From an uncultured bacterium (GTDB lineage Bacteria > Chloroflexota > UBA5177 > JANWHV01): a stretch of DNA of 64,000 bases. The translations under genes and the position numbers were made by a program. Below the pieces are notes generated by a model. That model made no database searches, was not told the origin of the DNA, and saw only the letters and a program-made list of their open reading frames with translations. Shown here one piece after another: positions 47,894 through 58,600 of this stretch; within the stretch, counting starts at the first letter, position 1, and every line of letters starts with the position of its first letter. The stretch spans positions 224,001 through 288,000 of the forward strand of contig CAVSOU010000010.1 of the NCBI GenBank assembly GCA_963729625.1, in the 5' to 3' direction.

Positions 47894-48790
47894 ATGGCAA
47901 CACACTATGGAGGCCAAGCCCTCATCGAGGGCGTGCTGATACGCGGCCGTGTCGGACTGTTCGCCGCGGTGCGCGCGCCAGACGGCAAGATTGTTACGCG
48001 CGAGATTTCGCTGCCTTCCCACCGCCGCGGCGTGCTCGGACGTTTGCCGATCATGCGAGGACTGCTGGCGCTGGGTGACACCATTGCCTTCGGCTCTCAG
48101 ATGCTGCTGTTCTCAGCCGACGTCGCGGCCGGCGGTTCTGGCCAGGCGCCAGGCCCCACTGGCAGACGCGCCACCGTCGGCGTGGCGGGTGCGGCGGCCA
48201 TTCTGTTCGCTATCGCGCCCGCCATGGTGTCCGCTCGCCTGAAGAAGCCCAAAGCGAATCGGAAGAAGCAACAAGCGGGTTTTGCCGACCATCTTGTCGA
48301 GAGCGCAACGCGCGTTGGTATCTTCTTGGCCTATCTTTCGGCGGTTGGCCGCCTCAAAGACGTGCGGCGTATTTTCGCCTATCACGGGGCGGAGCACAAG
48401 TCGATCAGTGCGCTCGAAGCGGGGGCAGAGCTTGTTCCAGCATCGGTGCAGGCATTCGATACGGCGCACCCTCGTTGCGGCACGGCGTTCCTCTTTCAGT
48501 CGATGCTGACCTCCAGCATCGTCTACGGCCTCGTAGGCAACCGAACTCCATTGGGGAGGATCGGCACGCGAGTGGCACTCGTACCAGCCGTCGCTGGCAT
48601 CAGTTTCGAGGTGCTGCAGTTCAACGCCAAGCACCTGGATTCACCCATTGTCAGGCTGCTCAACGTACCAGGCATGTTGCTTCAACGCATCACGACGCGG
48701 CAGCCCACCGACGACCAGGTCGAGGTTGCGCTCGCCGCGCTTCAAGGGGCGCTAAGGATGGACGAGAAGAGCGAACAGACTGAGCAATGA
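47894..48790 (+). CDS. DUF1385 membrane protein
   Basis: YGGQALIEGV, YHGAEHK, HPRCGT.F, TTRQP. Confidence 0.92.
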   Translation: MATHYGGQALIEGVLIRGRVGLFAAVRAPDGKIVTREISLPSHRRGVLGRLPIMRGLLALGDTIAFGSQMLLFSADVAAGGSGQAPGPTGRRATVGVAGAAAILFAIAPAMVSARLKKPKANRKKQQAGFADHLVESATRVGIFLAYLSAVGRLKDVRRIFAYHGAEHKSISALEAGAELVPASVQAFDTAHPRCGTAFLFQSMLTSSIVYGLVGNRTPLGRIGTRVALVPAVAGISFEVLQFNAKHLDSPIVRLLNVPGMLLQRITTRQPTDDQVEVALAALQGALRMDEKSEQTEQ

Positions 48791-49872
48791 ACGAAGTTAC
48801 CATCGCTGAGCGCCTCGCAGACTTCAAGCGGCGCTACGACGACCTCACGAGCGCATTGTCGGATCCGGCGGTCTTCTCGGATAGTGGGTTGCTCACGACC
48901 TACGGTCGCGAGCAGTCCGATGTGGCGCCGTATGCGGAGCTCTGTGACGTCATGCGCGGGCTCGAGGGAGATATCGCTCTGTACGATGAGCTGCTCAGCT
49001 CTGGGCTGGAGGGCCCAGATTTCGAGGATGCCCGCGCCGAGGTTCGCCGGCTCAGCGCCGAGCGCGCCGAGCTTCTCGAGAGAGCCCGGCAAATGTTGCT
49101 GCCCAAGGATCCGCACGACGACAAGAGCGTGATCGTCGAGGTGCGTGCCGGCACAGGAGGCGAGGAGGCAGCCCTGTTCGCGCTCGAGCTGTTCCGCATG
49201 TACAACCGCTATGCCGAGCGTAAAGGTTGGATCGTCGACCTCGTCAGCCTATCGGAAAGCGGCGCAGGCGGCACGAAAGAAGCCGTATTCGAGATATCAG
49301 GTCGAGGCGCGTATAGCCGCCTCAAGTACGAGAGCGGCGGGCATCGGGTGCAACGCGTGCCGGTCACCGAGTCCAGCGGCCGGCTTCACACCTCCATGGC
49401 TACGGTGGCAGTCCTGCCTGAGGTTGAGGACATCGACGTCGAGGTCAACGAATCCGACCTCCGCATCGACGTCTACCGCTCTACCGGCCACGGTGGCCAG
49501 AGCGTGAATACGACTGATTCGGCCGTTCGCATCACACACATTCCTACCGGCATGGTGGTGACCTGCCAGGACGAAAAATCGCAACTCAAGAACCGCGCAA
49601 AGGCCATGGCGGTGCTTCGGGCTCGCCTCTACGACATTGAGCAGCGCAAGCGCAATCAGGCGTTGAGCGAGCATCGGAAGCTACTGATCGGCAGCGGCGA
49701 TCGAAACGAGCGCGTGCGAACGTACAACTTCCCTCAGGATCGCCTCACAGATGAGCGCCTCGCCATGAACTTCCATAATCTGCCCGTGATTATGGACGGC
49801 GATCTCGACGCACTGCTGAATGCCCTCGCAGCAGTCGACCGCGAGGAGCAGCTCGCGTCGACCGCTTCGTAA
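48787..49872 (+). CDS. prfA: Peptide chain release factor 1
   Basis: PVT specificity motif, GGQSVN, RTYNFPQ. Confidence 0.97.
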   Translation: MNEVTIAERLADFKRRYDDLTSALSDPAVFSDSGLLTTYGREQSDVAPYAELCDVMRGLEGDIALYDELLSSGLEGPDFEDARAEVRRLSAERAELLERARQMLLPKDPHDDKSVIVEVRAGTGGEEAALFALELFRMYNRYAERKGWIVDLVSLSESGAGGTKEAVFEISGRGAYSRLKYESGGHRVQRVPVTESSGRLHTSMATVAVLPEVEDIDVEVNESDLRIDVYRSTGHGGQSVNTTDSAVRITHIPTGMVVTCQDEKSQLKNRAKAMAVLRARLYDIEQRKRNQALSEHRKLLIGSGDRNERVRTYNFPQDRLTDERLAMNFHNLPVIMDGDLDALLNALAAVDREEQLASTAS

Positions 49873-49924
49873 CCCGCTGGGTCAGTCGATGCGCGACGCG
49901 TTCGCTTCCGGGACCAACGCGCGA

Positions 49925-50800
49925 ATGAACGGCAAGGACTGGCACCACACCGTCGGCGTGGTGCTGGCAACGGCGCGAGCATCGCTTGCCGCGCGCGAGA
50001 TACCGGAACCCGCTCTGGAGGCTTCCGTGCTGCTTGCCAGTCTCCTCGGCCGCTCCCGCGCATGGCTGGTTGCGCACGCGGATGCAGGCGTTTCCAAACC
50101 CGGGTCGGCCTGTTTCCTCGCGATGGTGGAGCGCCGGTGTCGCCGCGAGCCTACTGCCTACATACTTGGCCAGAAGCAATGGCTTGACATAACTCTTGAG
50201 GTGAATCGCAGCGTGCTGATTCCGCGACCGGAGACCGAGCTACTGGCCGAGGAAGCGATTGCCGCACTGAGCGATCTCCAGCGATCGCTCGCTCGCCCGG
50301 CGATCGCGGTCGACGTCGGAACAGGTTCCGGCGCGCTGGCAATCGCGATGGCTCGCGCGGTCCCCGGCGCGCGGGTGCTGGCGATTGACAACAGCGCGGG
50401 CGCCCTGCGCGTCGCGCGCACCAATGCGCGGCGTCTGGGAGCGCTCACCGTGCAGTTTCTTCTCGGCAACTTCCTCGCGCCGGTTACTATCAAGCCCGAT
50501 ATTGTGGTCGCCAATATGCCCTACGTACCCACGTGCGAAGTCGACACCCTCGAACCGGAGCTCACCTACGAGCCGGTCCGCGCGCTTGACGGAGGTCCAG
50601 ACGGCCTGGATCTGATCCGTGAGCTGCTCCACCAGGCGAAGCACTCGCTTGCGGCTCACGGGCGGCTCATGTTCGAGGGCGGAGCCGGGCAGTCGCACGC
50701 GATCGCCCTTGCGTTGCGTGGACACTGGCCCGATGCTCAGATTCGCATCAGGCAGGATTATGCAGGGTTTGACCGGATTGTCGTGGCGAAGACCGAGTGA
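49925..50800 (+). CDS. prmC: Release factor glutamine methyltransferase
   Basis: LIPRPETE, DVGTGSG, ANMPY, ALDGGPDGL; start uncertain. Confidence 0.94.
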   Translation: MNGKDWHHTVGVVLATARASLAAREIPEPALEASVLLASLLGRSRAWLVAHADAGVSKPGSACFLAMVERRCRREPTAYILGQKQWLDITLEVNRSVLIPRPETELLAEEAIAALSDLQRSLARPAIAVDVGTGSGALAIAMARAVPGARVLAIDNSAGALRVARTNARRLGALTVQFLLGNFLAPVTIKPDIVVANMPYVPTCEVDTLEPELTYEPVRALDGGPDGLDLIRELLHQAKHSLAAHGRLMFEGGAGQSHAIALALRGHWPDAQIRIRQDYAGFDRIVVAKTE

Positions 50801-50820
50801 CTCCGCGTGTGGAGGCTGGT

Positions 50821-51795
50821 CTAGATGGCCAGATCTCGCGATACAAGCGCATAGAGTACGGCTTGTCCGGTCGGCAGCCTGTTGGCAGCCTGCTGGAACA
50901 CAATCGACTGCGGCCCATCGATCACCGGAGACGCCACTTCCTCCGACCGATTTGCCGGCAGACAGTGCATGAACACAGCGTCTTCCCCGGCGTAGCGCAT
51001 GAGCGCAGAGTCAACACGATATTTGGAGAATACCTTGGCGCGCGCCGGTCGTTCGTGGTCCGCGTTGCCCATTGAGACCCACAGATCGGTGTAGACGGCA
51101 TTTGCGCTCTTCACCGCTTCGTACGGATCGGCCGTGACAGTCAGGCGGCCTCCCGTAGTCTCGTTCTTCTCGATTGCCCAGGCAGTCACCTGAGGCTGCG
51201 GCTCGTAACTCGGAGGCGAAGCGACCACCATATCAATCCCGATGATCGCGGCTGCTTCGATGAGGCTGTGCGTCACGTTATTGTTGCCGTCGCCCACGTA
51301 GGCAAGCCGCAGCCCGGCCAGGCTTCCAAAGTGCTCCCGCAGTGTAAGGAGGTCCGCCAGGCTCTGGCACGGATGGTGTTCGTCCGTCAAAGTATTGACC
51401 ACCGGAACGGTTGCCGCGGCCGCAAACCGTTCAACGTCTGCATGTGCGAACGTTCGGATGCAACAAGCCGCCGCATAGGCGCTGACCACGCGCGCCGTAT
51501 CCTCGATCGTTTCGCCTTTGCCCATCTGCAGCTCGGCGGGACGTACCGTGATCGGGTGGCCCCCAAGGCGGGCAACAGCCGTCTCCATGGAAATGCGGGT
51601 GCGCGTTGACGGCTTGTCGAAGAACAGGACGACCGAGCAGCCCCCTAGAGCGTCGCGGTGCGCAAGCGGCTCGCGCTTGAAGGCGGAGGCGAGATCGAGC
51701 AGGCCGTAGAGGCTTTCGCCCGAGAGGTCCGCCGTTTGCAGCAGATTGCCGGGAAATGCTGGCTTGGTTTGTGGTACCAGCGTAGCCGCACCCAT
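50821..51795 (-). CDS. argF: Ornithine carbamoyltransferase
   Basis: STRTR, HPCQ, WVSMG, HCLP. Confidence 0.95.
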   Translation of the reverse strand: MGAATLVPQTKPAFPGNLLQTADLSGESLYGLLDLASAFKREPLAHRDALGGCSVVLFFDKPSTRTRISMETAVARLGGHPITVRPAELQMGKGETIEDTARVVSAYAAACCIRTFAHADVERFAAAATVPVVNTLTDEHHPCQSLADLLTLREHFGSLAGLRLAYVGDGNNNVTHSLIEAAAIIGIDMVVASPPSYEPQPQVTAWAIEKNETTGGRLTVTADPYEAVKSANAVYTDLWVSMGNADHERPARAKVFSKYRVDSALMRYAGEDAVFMHCLPANRSEEVASPVIDGPQSIVFQQAANRLPTGQAVLYALVSRDLAI

Positions 51796-51982
51796 TCTTC
51801 TCTCCCCGTATGCTACATGCCGGTGTACTACTGTGCACGCGGTCGAGGCCGTCTCGTCGATGCGACATCGACATGTCAGGGGCCTCGAACAAGCAGCGAA
51901 AGCCCTGCGTTGTCCTGCTGCAAGGCGACCAGGCGCGAGACGCGCCCTCGGCTCCCAACTGCACAGCACTAAAGATTTATGA

Positions 51983-52016
51983 TTATGCATTATACTGCAA
52001 TTCCATACGCGATCAA
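51983..52016 (-). promoter_or_regulatory. argF promoter with an ARG-box-like palindrome over the -10
   Basis: Minus strand TTGATC, 16 bp, TATAAT; the -10 lies within TTGCAGTATAATGCATAA. Confidence 0.6.
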
Positions 52017-52072
52017 GGCGACAGGAAGTCGATAGCTGCGGGCTCCGGTCAGGCGACTCGTGCTACCTCCGG

Positions 52073-53269
52073 TCAGATGAACTGCCGCCACACCTGATTC
52101 GCAAGCAGGTATCCTCGGCTTGCCAGGCGAAGATTCCCATCAGCACATTCGACAAGCCCAAGATCACTCAGCCGGTCGATCGTCTCGCGATGTGCATCGA
52201 GCAGGCTGCCCCCAAAGCGACTATCGAACGTGGGCACGTGAACACCCCTCATCAACCGGAGTCCCAACATTATCGCGTCGGAACGCGCTCTGGCCGCGCC
52301 GATGGTTTCGCTCGACGCTGTGGGCAGCGCTCCCATTTTCAGCCTCCGAATGTAGCCCTGGAGACCTCGAATATTCGCGAATCGTATGCCGTCCACGTAG
52401 CTGTGCGCGGAGAGTCCGACGCCAAGGTAGGGCTCGTGCTCCCAGTAGAGCAGGTTGTGCCGGCAGCGGTGCCCGGGCAGGGCCCAGTTTGATATCTCGT
52501 ACTGTATGAGTCCACGGGCGGCAAGCACTTCCTGCGCCAGTTCATACATGTCCGCGGCGTCGTCGTCCGGCGGCAGCACAGTCGCGCCGGACCGCACCTG
52601 ATGGTGCAGCAGTGTTTCAGGCTCAAGAATCAGACCGTATACGGACAGATGGTCGGGCTTCTCATCCAGCACCGTGCGTAGCGTCGCCTCCCAACCGGCG
52701 AGGTCCTGTCCGGGCAGCCCGAAAATCAGGTCGGCACTGACCGAATCGAACCCCGCCGCACGAGCGCTTTTCAGCGTCGCCAATGCTTGCTCCGCATCGT
52801 GGATGCGGTTCAACCGCCTGAGTATCTCGTCGTCAAGCGTCTGGACCCCGACGCTCAGCCGGTTGACGCCCGCGCCACGCAACGCTCTCATGTGCCCAAG
52901 GTCGAGCGTGCCTGGGTTTGCCTCGAGCGTAACTTCCGCATTCGACGCGAGGCGAAATCGCTCTCGGATAGTGCAGAGAATGCGCTCAATGAATGCGACC
53001 GGCAGCCGGCTGGGAGTCCCGCCTCCAAAAAACACGCTGGTCACAAATCGTCGCGGATCGAGCGGGGCGCGCCGTTCGATCTCGTCGATCAGGCAATCCA
53101 CATACGTTCCCATGTGCGCGTCCTCGCCCGCATAGGTTGCGAAGTCGCAGTACGTGCAGCGGTATTGACAAAACGGAATGTGCACGTAAATGCCGAGAAC
53201 CGCGTCGGCTGGCGCCTGAACGCGATCGACATCGGTCGTCGGCGACTCGAGGGTTTCGTTTTCCGCCAA
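52073..53269 (-). CDS. hemW: Radical SAM heme chaperone HemW
   Basis: YVHIPFCQYRCTYCDF, GGGTPS, YEISN, HNLLYW. Confidence 0.93.
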   Translation of the reverse strand: MAENETLESPTTDVDRVQAPADAVLGIYVHIPFCQYRCTYCDFATYAGEDAHMGTYVDCLIDEIERRAPLDPRRFVTSVFFGGGTPSRLPVAFIERILCTIRERFRLASNAEVTLEANPGTLDLGHMRALRGAGVNRLSVGVQTLDDEILRRLNRIHDAEQALATLKSARAAGFDSVSADLIFGLPGQDLAGWEATLRTVLDEKPDHLSVYGLILEPETLLHHQVRSGATVLPPDDDAADMYELAQEVLAARGLIQYEISNWALPGHRCRHNLLYWEHEPYLGVGLSAHSYVDGIRFANIRGLQGYIRRLKMGALPTASSETIGAARARSDAIMLGLRLMRGVHVPTFDSRFGGSLLDAHRETIDRLSDLGLVECADGNLRLASRGYLLANQVWRQFI

Positions 53270-53400
53270 TTCACGTTATCCTTCTGAGGCCCGTGCCGGC
53301 AGCCGGTGACTTGCCCCACCTTGAAGGTGCCACACGGCCCGCGGCCGAGCGAATGCGGTTGCTGTGATGTCCCCATACTGCGACTCTGAGGATCGATAGC

Positions 53401-54021
53401 ATGAAAGTCTTGCTGGCCACTTCGAATAGACACAAGATCGCGGAATACAGGCGGCTTTTCGCCGGATCCGACATCACAGTGGTAACACCTGACGAGGTAG
53501 GCGTGACGCCGCCGGCAGTGGCGGAGGATGGAGCAACATTTGGTGCCAATGCGTTCAAGAAGGCTCGCACCCTTGCACTTGCCGCCGCATGGCCTGCATT
53601 GGCGGACGATTCGGGCATCAGCGTCGATGCCCTCGCAGGTGCGCCGGGACTGCGGAGCGCACGATTCGGCTCGCCGCTGCTGGATGACCGGGGGCGTGTG
53701 CAGTATCTCCTTGAGTGCGTCAAGGATGTTCCGCCAGGCCGGCGCTGCGCGCACTATACGTGCGCCCTGGCGCTGGTGCTTGCAGACGGCACGTCGCTTA
53801 CGGCGCAGGGCAGGCTCTACGGCGAGATCGCGCCTGAAGCGAGCTCGGGCACGACAGGCTTCGGCTACGATCCCATTTTCATCGTGCCGCGGACCGGCCG
53901 AACTGTCGCGGACATGACGCCGGAGGCGAAAGACACGATCAGCCACCGTGGTAACGCGGTGAGACGACTACTGAGATACATGGAGCACCGCCGCTCCAAG
54001 CTGGGTACACTGGAACTGTGA
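53401..54021 (+). CDS. rdgB: dITP/XTP pyrophosphatase
   Basis: ATSN..K, ADDSG, GFGYDPIF, SHRG. Confidence 0.95.
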   Translation: MKVLLATSNRHKIAEYRRLFAGSDITVVTPDEVGVTPPAVAEDGATFGANAFKKARTLALAAAWPALADDSGISVDALAGAPGLRSARFGSPLLDDRGRVQYLLECVKDVPPGRRCAHYTCALALVLADGTSLTAQGRLYGEIAPEASSGTTGFGYDPIFIVPRTGRTVADMTPEAKDTISHRGNAVRRLLRYMEHRRSKLGTLEL

Positions 54022-54962
54022 ATATCCCACGCCCGTGGCGGTCGCCTGAGCCAGGCGACCATAAGCGCGTGAGCCTGGCACAAGAAACGCGCGAAATACT
54101 GCATGCGTATCGCGTGCACCCGCGCCAGCAGCTTGGCCAAAACTTCCTCATCGATCGCGAGGCGCTGCAATCCGTGGTAGAGGCAGCTGAGCTGAGTCAT
54201 GGAGATCAGGTGCTTGAAATTGGCCCGGGAATCGGTACGCTCACGATCGCGCTGGCCGAGGCCGGGGCTGATGTCGTCGCTCTCGAGCTGGATCCGGCGA
54301 TGGCTCGCATTGCGGCCGAGCGTGCGGCTCCCTATTGCAACGTGCGCGTCCGCGAAGGAAACGTGCTGCACACGGATATCGCCGACATTCTCGACACTGA
54401 AAAAGCCTACTCAGTGGTCGCAAACATACCCTACTACATTACGGCTCCCATCCTGCGCTACTTCCTCGAAGCTCCCAGAAAGCCCCGTACCCTGGTGCTC
54501 ATGGTGCAGCGCGAGGTTGGAGAACGCCTTGCGGCCGCGCCAGGGAAGATGAGCGCGCTGTCCGTGTTCGCCCAGGTGCACGCGTCGGTGGAGATCGTGC
54601 GCCAGGTGCCGGCGACGTCGTTCATACCTCCGCCCGATGTGGCATCGGCAATCATCCGGCTCAAGCTCCACGTTTCGCCGCCGGTCCCTGAGATGGAGCT
54701 GCCGTATCTGTTCACGGTCGTGAAGGCGGGCTTCAGTGCGAAGCGCAAGATGCTCCATAATGCGCTGGACCGTGGGCTGCCCAACTCGAGCGTGGTCATC
54801 GACAGCGCGCTCCACGCCACCGGTATCGAGCGCACGCGACGGGCTGAGACGCTGAGCCTGAAAGAGTGGCGAGCGCTCGCCACGGCTCTCCGTCTCGACG
54901 TGGCCCATGTGCCAAAGAACGCGAGGCTGGAGAGCGATTCGGCATCGAGCAGGGCCACATGA
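54018..54962 (+). CDS. rsmA: 16S rRNA m6,2A methyltransferase
   Basis: LGQNFL, EIGPG, ANIPYYIT, RAETLS. Confidence 0.96.
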   Translation: MNIPRPWRSPEPGDHKRVSLAQETREILHAYRVHPRQQLGQNFLIDREALQSVVEAAELSHGDQVLEIGPGIGTLTIALAEAGADVVALELDPAMARIAAERAAPYCNVRVREGNVLHTDIADILDTEKAYSVVANIPYYITAPILRYFLEAPRKPRTLVLMVQREVGERLAAAPGKMSALSVFAQVHASVEIVRQVPATSFIPPPDVASAIIRLKLHVSPPVPEMELPYLFTVVKAGFSAKRKMLHNALDRGLPNSSVVIDSALHATGIERTRRAETLSLKEWRALATALRLDVAHVPKNARLESDSASSRAT

Positions 54963-55615
54963 CCGAGGAATCTATCAAAGGGCCCGCGACCAAGCTGATC
55001 GTCGGACTCGGCAACCCCGGCAAGCGCTACGCCCGGACACGCCACAATGTCGGTTTTATGGTGGTCGATGAGCTGGCCCGCAGGTTGGGGTCGCGGGGCT
55101 GGCGAGAAGAGCGGCTGGCCTCAACGAGTGAAGCATCGTTTGGCGCCATCCTGCTGTATATCGTCAAGCCGCAGACGTTCATGAATCTCAGCGGACAGGC
55201 CGTGATTCGTTGCGCATCGCGAATCGGGGCGAAGCCGGAACACATTCTGGTCGTCAGTGACGATCTCGACCTTCCGTTTGGCCGGCTGCGCCTCCGCCCG
55301 GGAGGCAGCACCGGAGGCCACAACGGCCTTCGCTCGGTCGCGGCCGAGCTGCAGACCGAAGGCTTTCCTCGCCTGCGAGTGGGAATCGGAAGGCCGGATG
55401 AGGGAGACCCGATCGATTACGTGCTGGCGCCGTTCAGCTCGTCTGAGGTGACCGAGCTGCCCAGACTCTGCGCGGCAGCGGTCGATATGATCACCGTTGC
55501 AGTTGAAGCCGGCCTTCTCGTCGCGATGAACCGATTCAACGGACTTGGCAATGCACTCGCACCGGCAACCGGCGCAAACCCACCTGCACCGCCTGTCCCT
55601 GGCCAGTCGGCTTAA
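54959..55615 (+). CDS. pth: Peptidyl-tRNA hydrolase
   Basis: VGLGNPG..Y..TRHNVG, KPQTFMNLSG, GGHNG. Confidence 0.96.
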   Translation: MTEESIKGPATKLIVGLGNPGKRYARTRHNVGFMVVDELARRLGSRGWREERLASTSEASFGAILLYIVKPQTFMNLSGQAVIRCASRIGAKPEHILVVSDDLDLPFGRLRLRPGGSTGGHNGLRSVAAELQTEGFPRLRVGIGRPDEGDPIDYVLAPFSSSEVTELPRLCAAAVDMITVAVEAGLLVAMNRFNGLGNALAPATGANPPAPPVPGQSA

Positions 55616-55628
55616 GTGGAGGCGAGAG

Positions 55629-58600
55629 ATGCCTAGCCCGCCGGCGAACCTGCATCCACTGACGCGACACCTCGCCGGGTCTCAGTCTATGGCCCGGGTA
55701 CTGGACATGCTGCGACAGACCGGCTTGGTTGCCGTTCACGGCGCGCCACGGTCCAGCCAGCCGGCGCTCGCAGCTGTATTGCAATTGGAGACAAGCGCCG
55801 CGAAGGCGAGGCAGGTGCTGCTCATCACCTCCGATCCCGAACAGGCTGCCATCTGGGCGGACGAGATCCGGTACTGGGTAGAGCCAGCCGTCGAGGTGCT
55901 TCCGTTCCCAGCGCTCGAAGCGCTTCCGTACGAGCGTGCCGCTCCCGAGCCCGGGATCGTGCAGCAGCGCCAGGCTGCCTTGGAGGCGCTTTCGGGTGGG
56001 CGACCGGCCGTAGTGGTGGCGCCGGCGCGCGCGCTGCTACAGCCGTTGCAAGAACCGCGCGGCTTCCGATCTCGCACCCAGGTCTTCGAAGCTCGTGCCT
56101 CGATGGCGGTGTCGGCAGTTGCAGCGAACTGGCAATCGCTCGGCTACGTTGTCACGAGGGTCGTGCAGCAGCCTGGTGAATTCTGTCGGCGGGGCGGCAT
56201 TGTAGATGTCTATCCGGCAGACGCGGAATGGCCAGTGCGGATTGAGCTCGCGGGTTCGGAGATCGATTCGCTCCGTCTGTTCGACCCGGCGACGCAGCGA
56301 TCGATCGGGCCGGTCTCAAGTTTCAAGGTGGGCCCCGTACATCCCTTCACGCTACCTGCACAGGAAAGCGTGTTGCGCGACCTCGCGGCTGTCGACCGCT
56401 CCACGTGTCTTCCGCACGTGCGCGCCCGCTGGGATGAAGAGCTGCGATGCCTGAGCGAGGGCAAGCGCTTCGACGGTCTGGAGTTCTACACGCCCTACCT
56501 CACGCAGCCACAGGTGTCAATCCTGAGCTACCTGGCCGACTCAGCAGTGCTGCTACTCGACGACCGTACTGAGCTCGCCCGTACGATGAACGACCTCGTC
56601 CAGCAGGCGCGGGAACTGAGCGATGAGCTGGTGGCACGCGGCGAAATTCCGCCCGGACTGTTGTTCCCGTTGCTCGCGCCAGAGCAGATCTCGGAGGAGA
56701 TCGACGTGCTGCCGCGTCTTGAATGGCGGACTCGCGGTGGCGCGGGGAGCTTCGATCTCGGTACCCACGACTCGCTGCGCACGTCCCCAACCTACGGAGG
56801 CAGCCTCAAACGATTCTTGGAGGACTGCGACGAGTTCCGCAAGCAGGAAGAGCGAGTGATCATTGTCTCGCTGCAGGAGCAGCGTCTTGCCGAGCTGTTG
56901 CGCGAATCCGGCGTGCCCGTGACTGAGCTGGCGACACTCACAGCGCTTCCGGATCGCGGCACTGTCGTAACCGTTCCCGGGCAGCTTCCTGAGGGCTGGC
57001 TTGCACCAGAGGCCCACATCGTCGTGCTCACCGACGCCGAAGTGGCCGGCTGGGTCCGGCCGCGCGCTGCCGCGCGCTTCCACCGGGATGCCGACGAGAA
57101 CCTCGCGCTTGATTTCCTGCCCGGCGACTATGTCGTGCATATCGAGCACGGCATCGGCCGATATCAGGGTGTCGTCAAGATGGGTAGCGGACGCGCTGAG
57201 CGCGAGTACCTCGATTTGCAGTATGCCGGGACCGACCGCCTCTACGTCCCCACCGACCAGCTCGACAGAATCACGAAGTACCGCGGCATGGGTGAGGAGA
57301 CTCCAGCCTTGAGTCGCCTCGGCACACAGGAGTGGACGCGCGCCAAGGCAAAGGCAAAGGAGTCTGTCGACGCCATTGCTCGCGAGCTCCACGATCTTTA
57401 CAACTTCAGAGAGCATGCCGAGGGACACCCATTCACAACCGACGGGCACTGGCAGCGCGAACTCGAGGCGGCTTTCCCGTTCGAGGAGACTGTGGACCAG
57501 GCTCAGGCGATTCTTGACGTCAAGGCGGACATGGAACGGCCGCGGCCGATGGACAGACTGGTGTGCGGAGACGTCGGCTACGGCAAGACCGAAGTGGCTT
57601 TGCGAGCCGCCTTCAAGGCGGTCATGGATGGGAAACAGGTGGCTGTCTTGGTCCCAACCACGGTTCTGGCCCAGCAACACTACAACACCTTCCGCGATCG
57701 CATGCAGGCCTTCCCCGTTCAGGTCGCTGTGCTCAGCCGCTTCCATGCGCGCCGCGAACAGCTCAAGGTCGTCGAGGGGATCGAGCAGGGTAACGTAGAT
57801 ATCGCCATCGGTACTCACCGGCTGTTGCAGAAGGATGTCCAGTTCGCGAAGCTTGGACTGCTGATCATTGATGAGGAGCAGCGCTTCGGCGTCAGGCACA
57901 AGGAACATCTCAAGCAGATGCGTCGCAGCGTGGACGTGTTGACGCTCTCTGCCACGCCAATCCCGCGAAGCCTGCACATGGGCTTGACTCAGGTCAGGGA
58001 CCTCAGCGTCATCGCTACCGCGCCGGAGGGGCGTCTTCCAATCAAGACGTACCTCGAGCCGTTCGACGAGCACCACGTTCGTGATGCGGTCATGCGCGAG
58101 ATGGACCGCGGCGGCCAGGTGTATTTCGTGCATAATCGCGTACAGACGATTGAAGCGATTGCGGAGCGGCTTCGCCACCTCGTGCCCCAAGCCCGTGTCG
58201 CCGTCGCGCACGGACAGATGCGCGACGATGCGCTCGAACGAATCATGTTCGATTTCGCCGACCGCCGTTTCGACGTTCTGGTGTGCAGCACGATCATCGA
58301 AAACGGTCTGGACATCGCTAACGTGAACACTATGATCGTGAATGAGGCCACGCAGTTTGGCCTCTCGCAGCTGTATCAGTTGCGTGGACGCATCGGCCGG
58401 GGAAGCCGCAGAGGCTACGCGTACCTTCTCTACAATTCCAACGTTCCGGTGAGCAGAACCGCGGAGCGCAGGCTCAAGGCTATCTTCGAATCCACTGAAC
58501 TGGGCGCGGGATTCCAGATCGCGCTGAAGGATCTCGAGATCCGTGGCGCCGGCACCATCCTGGGCAGCGCCCAGCATGGCCATTTGGTTGCCGTAGGATT

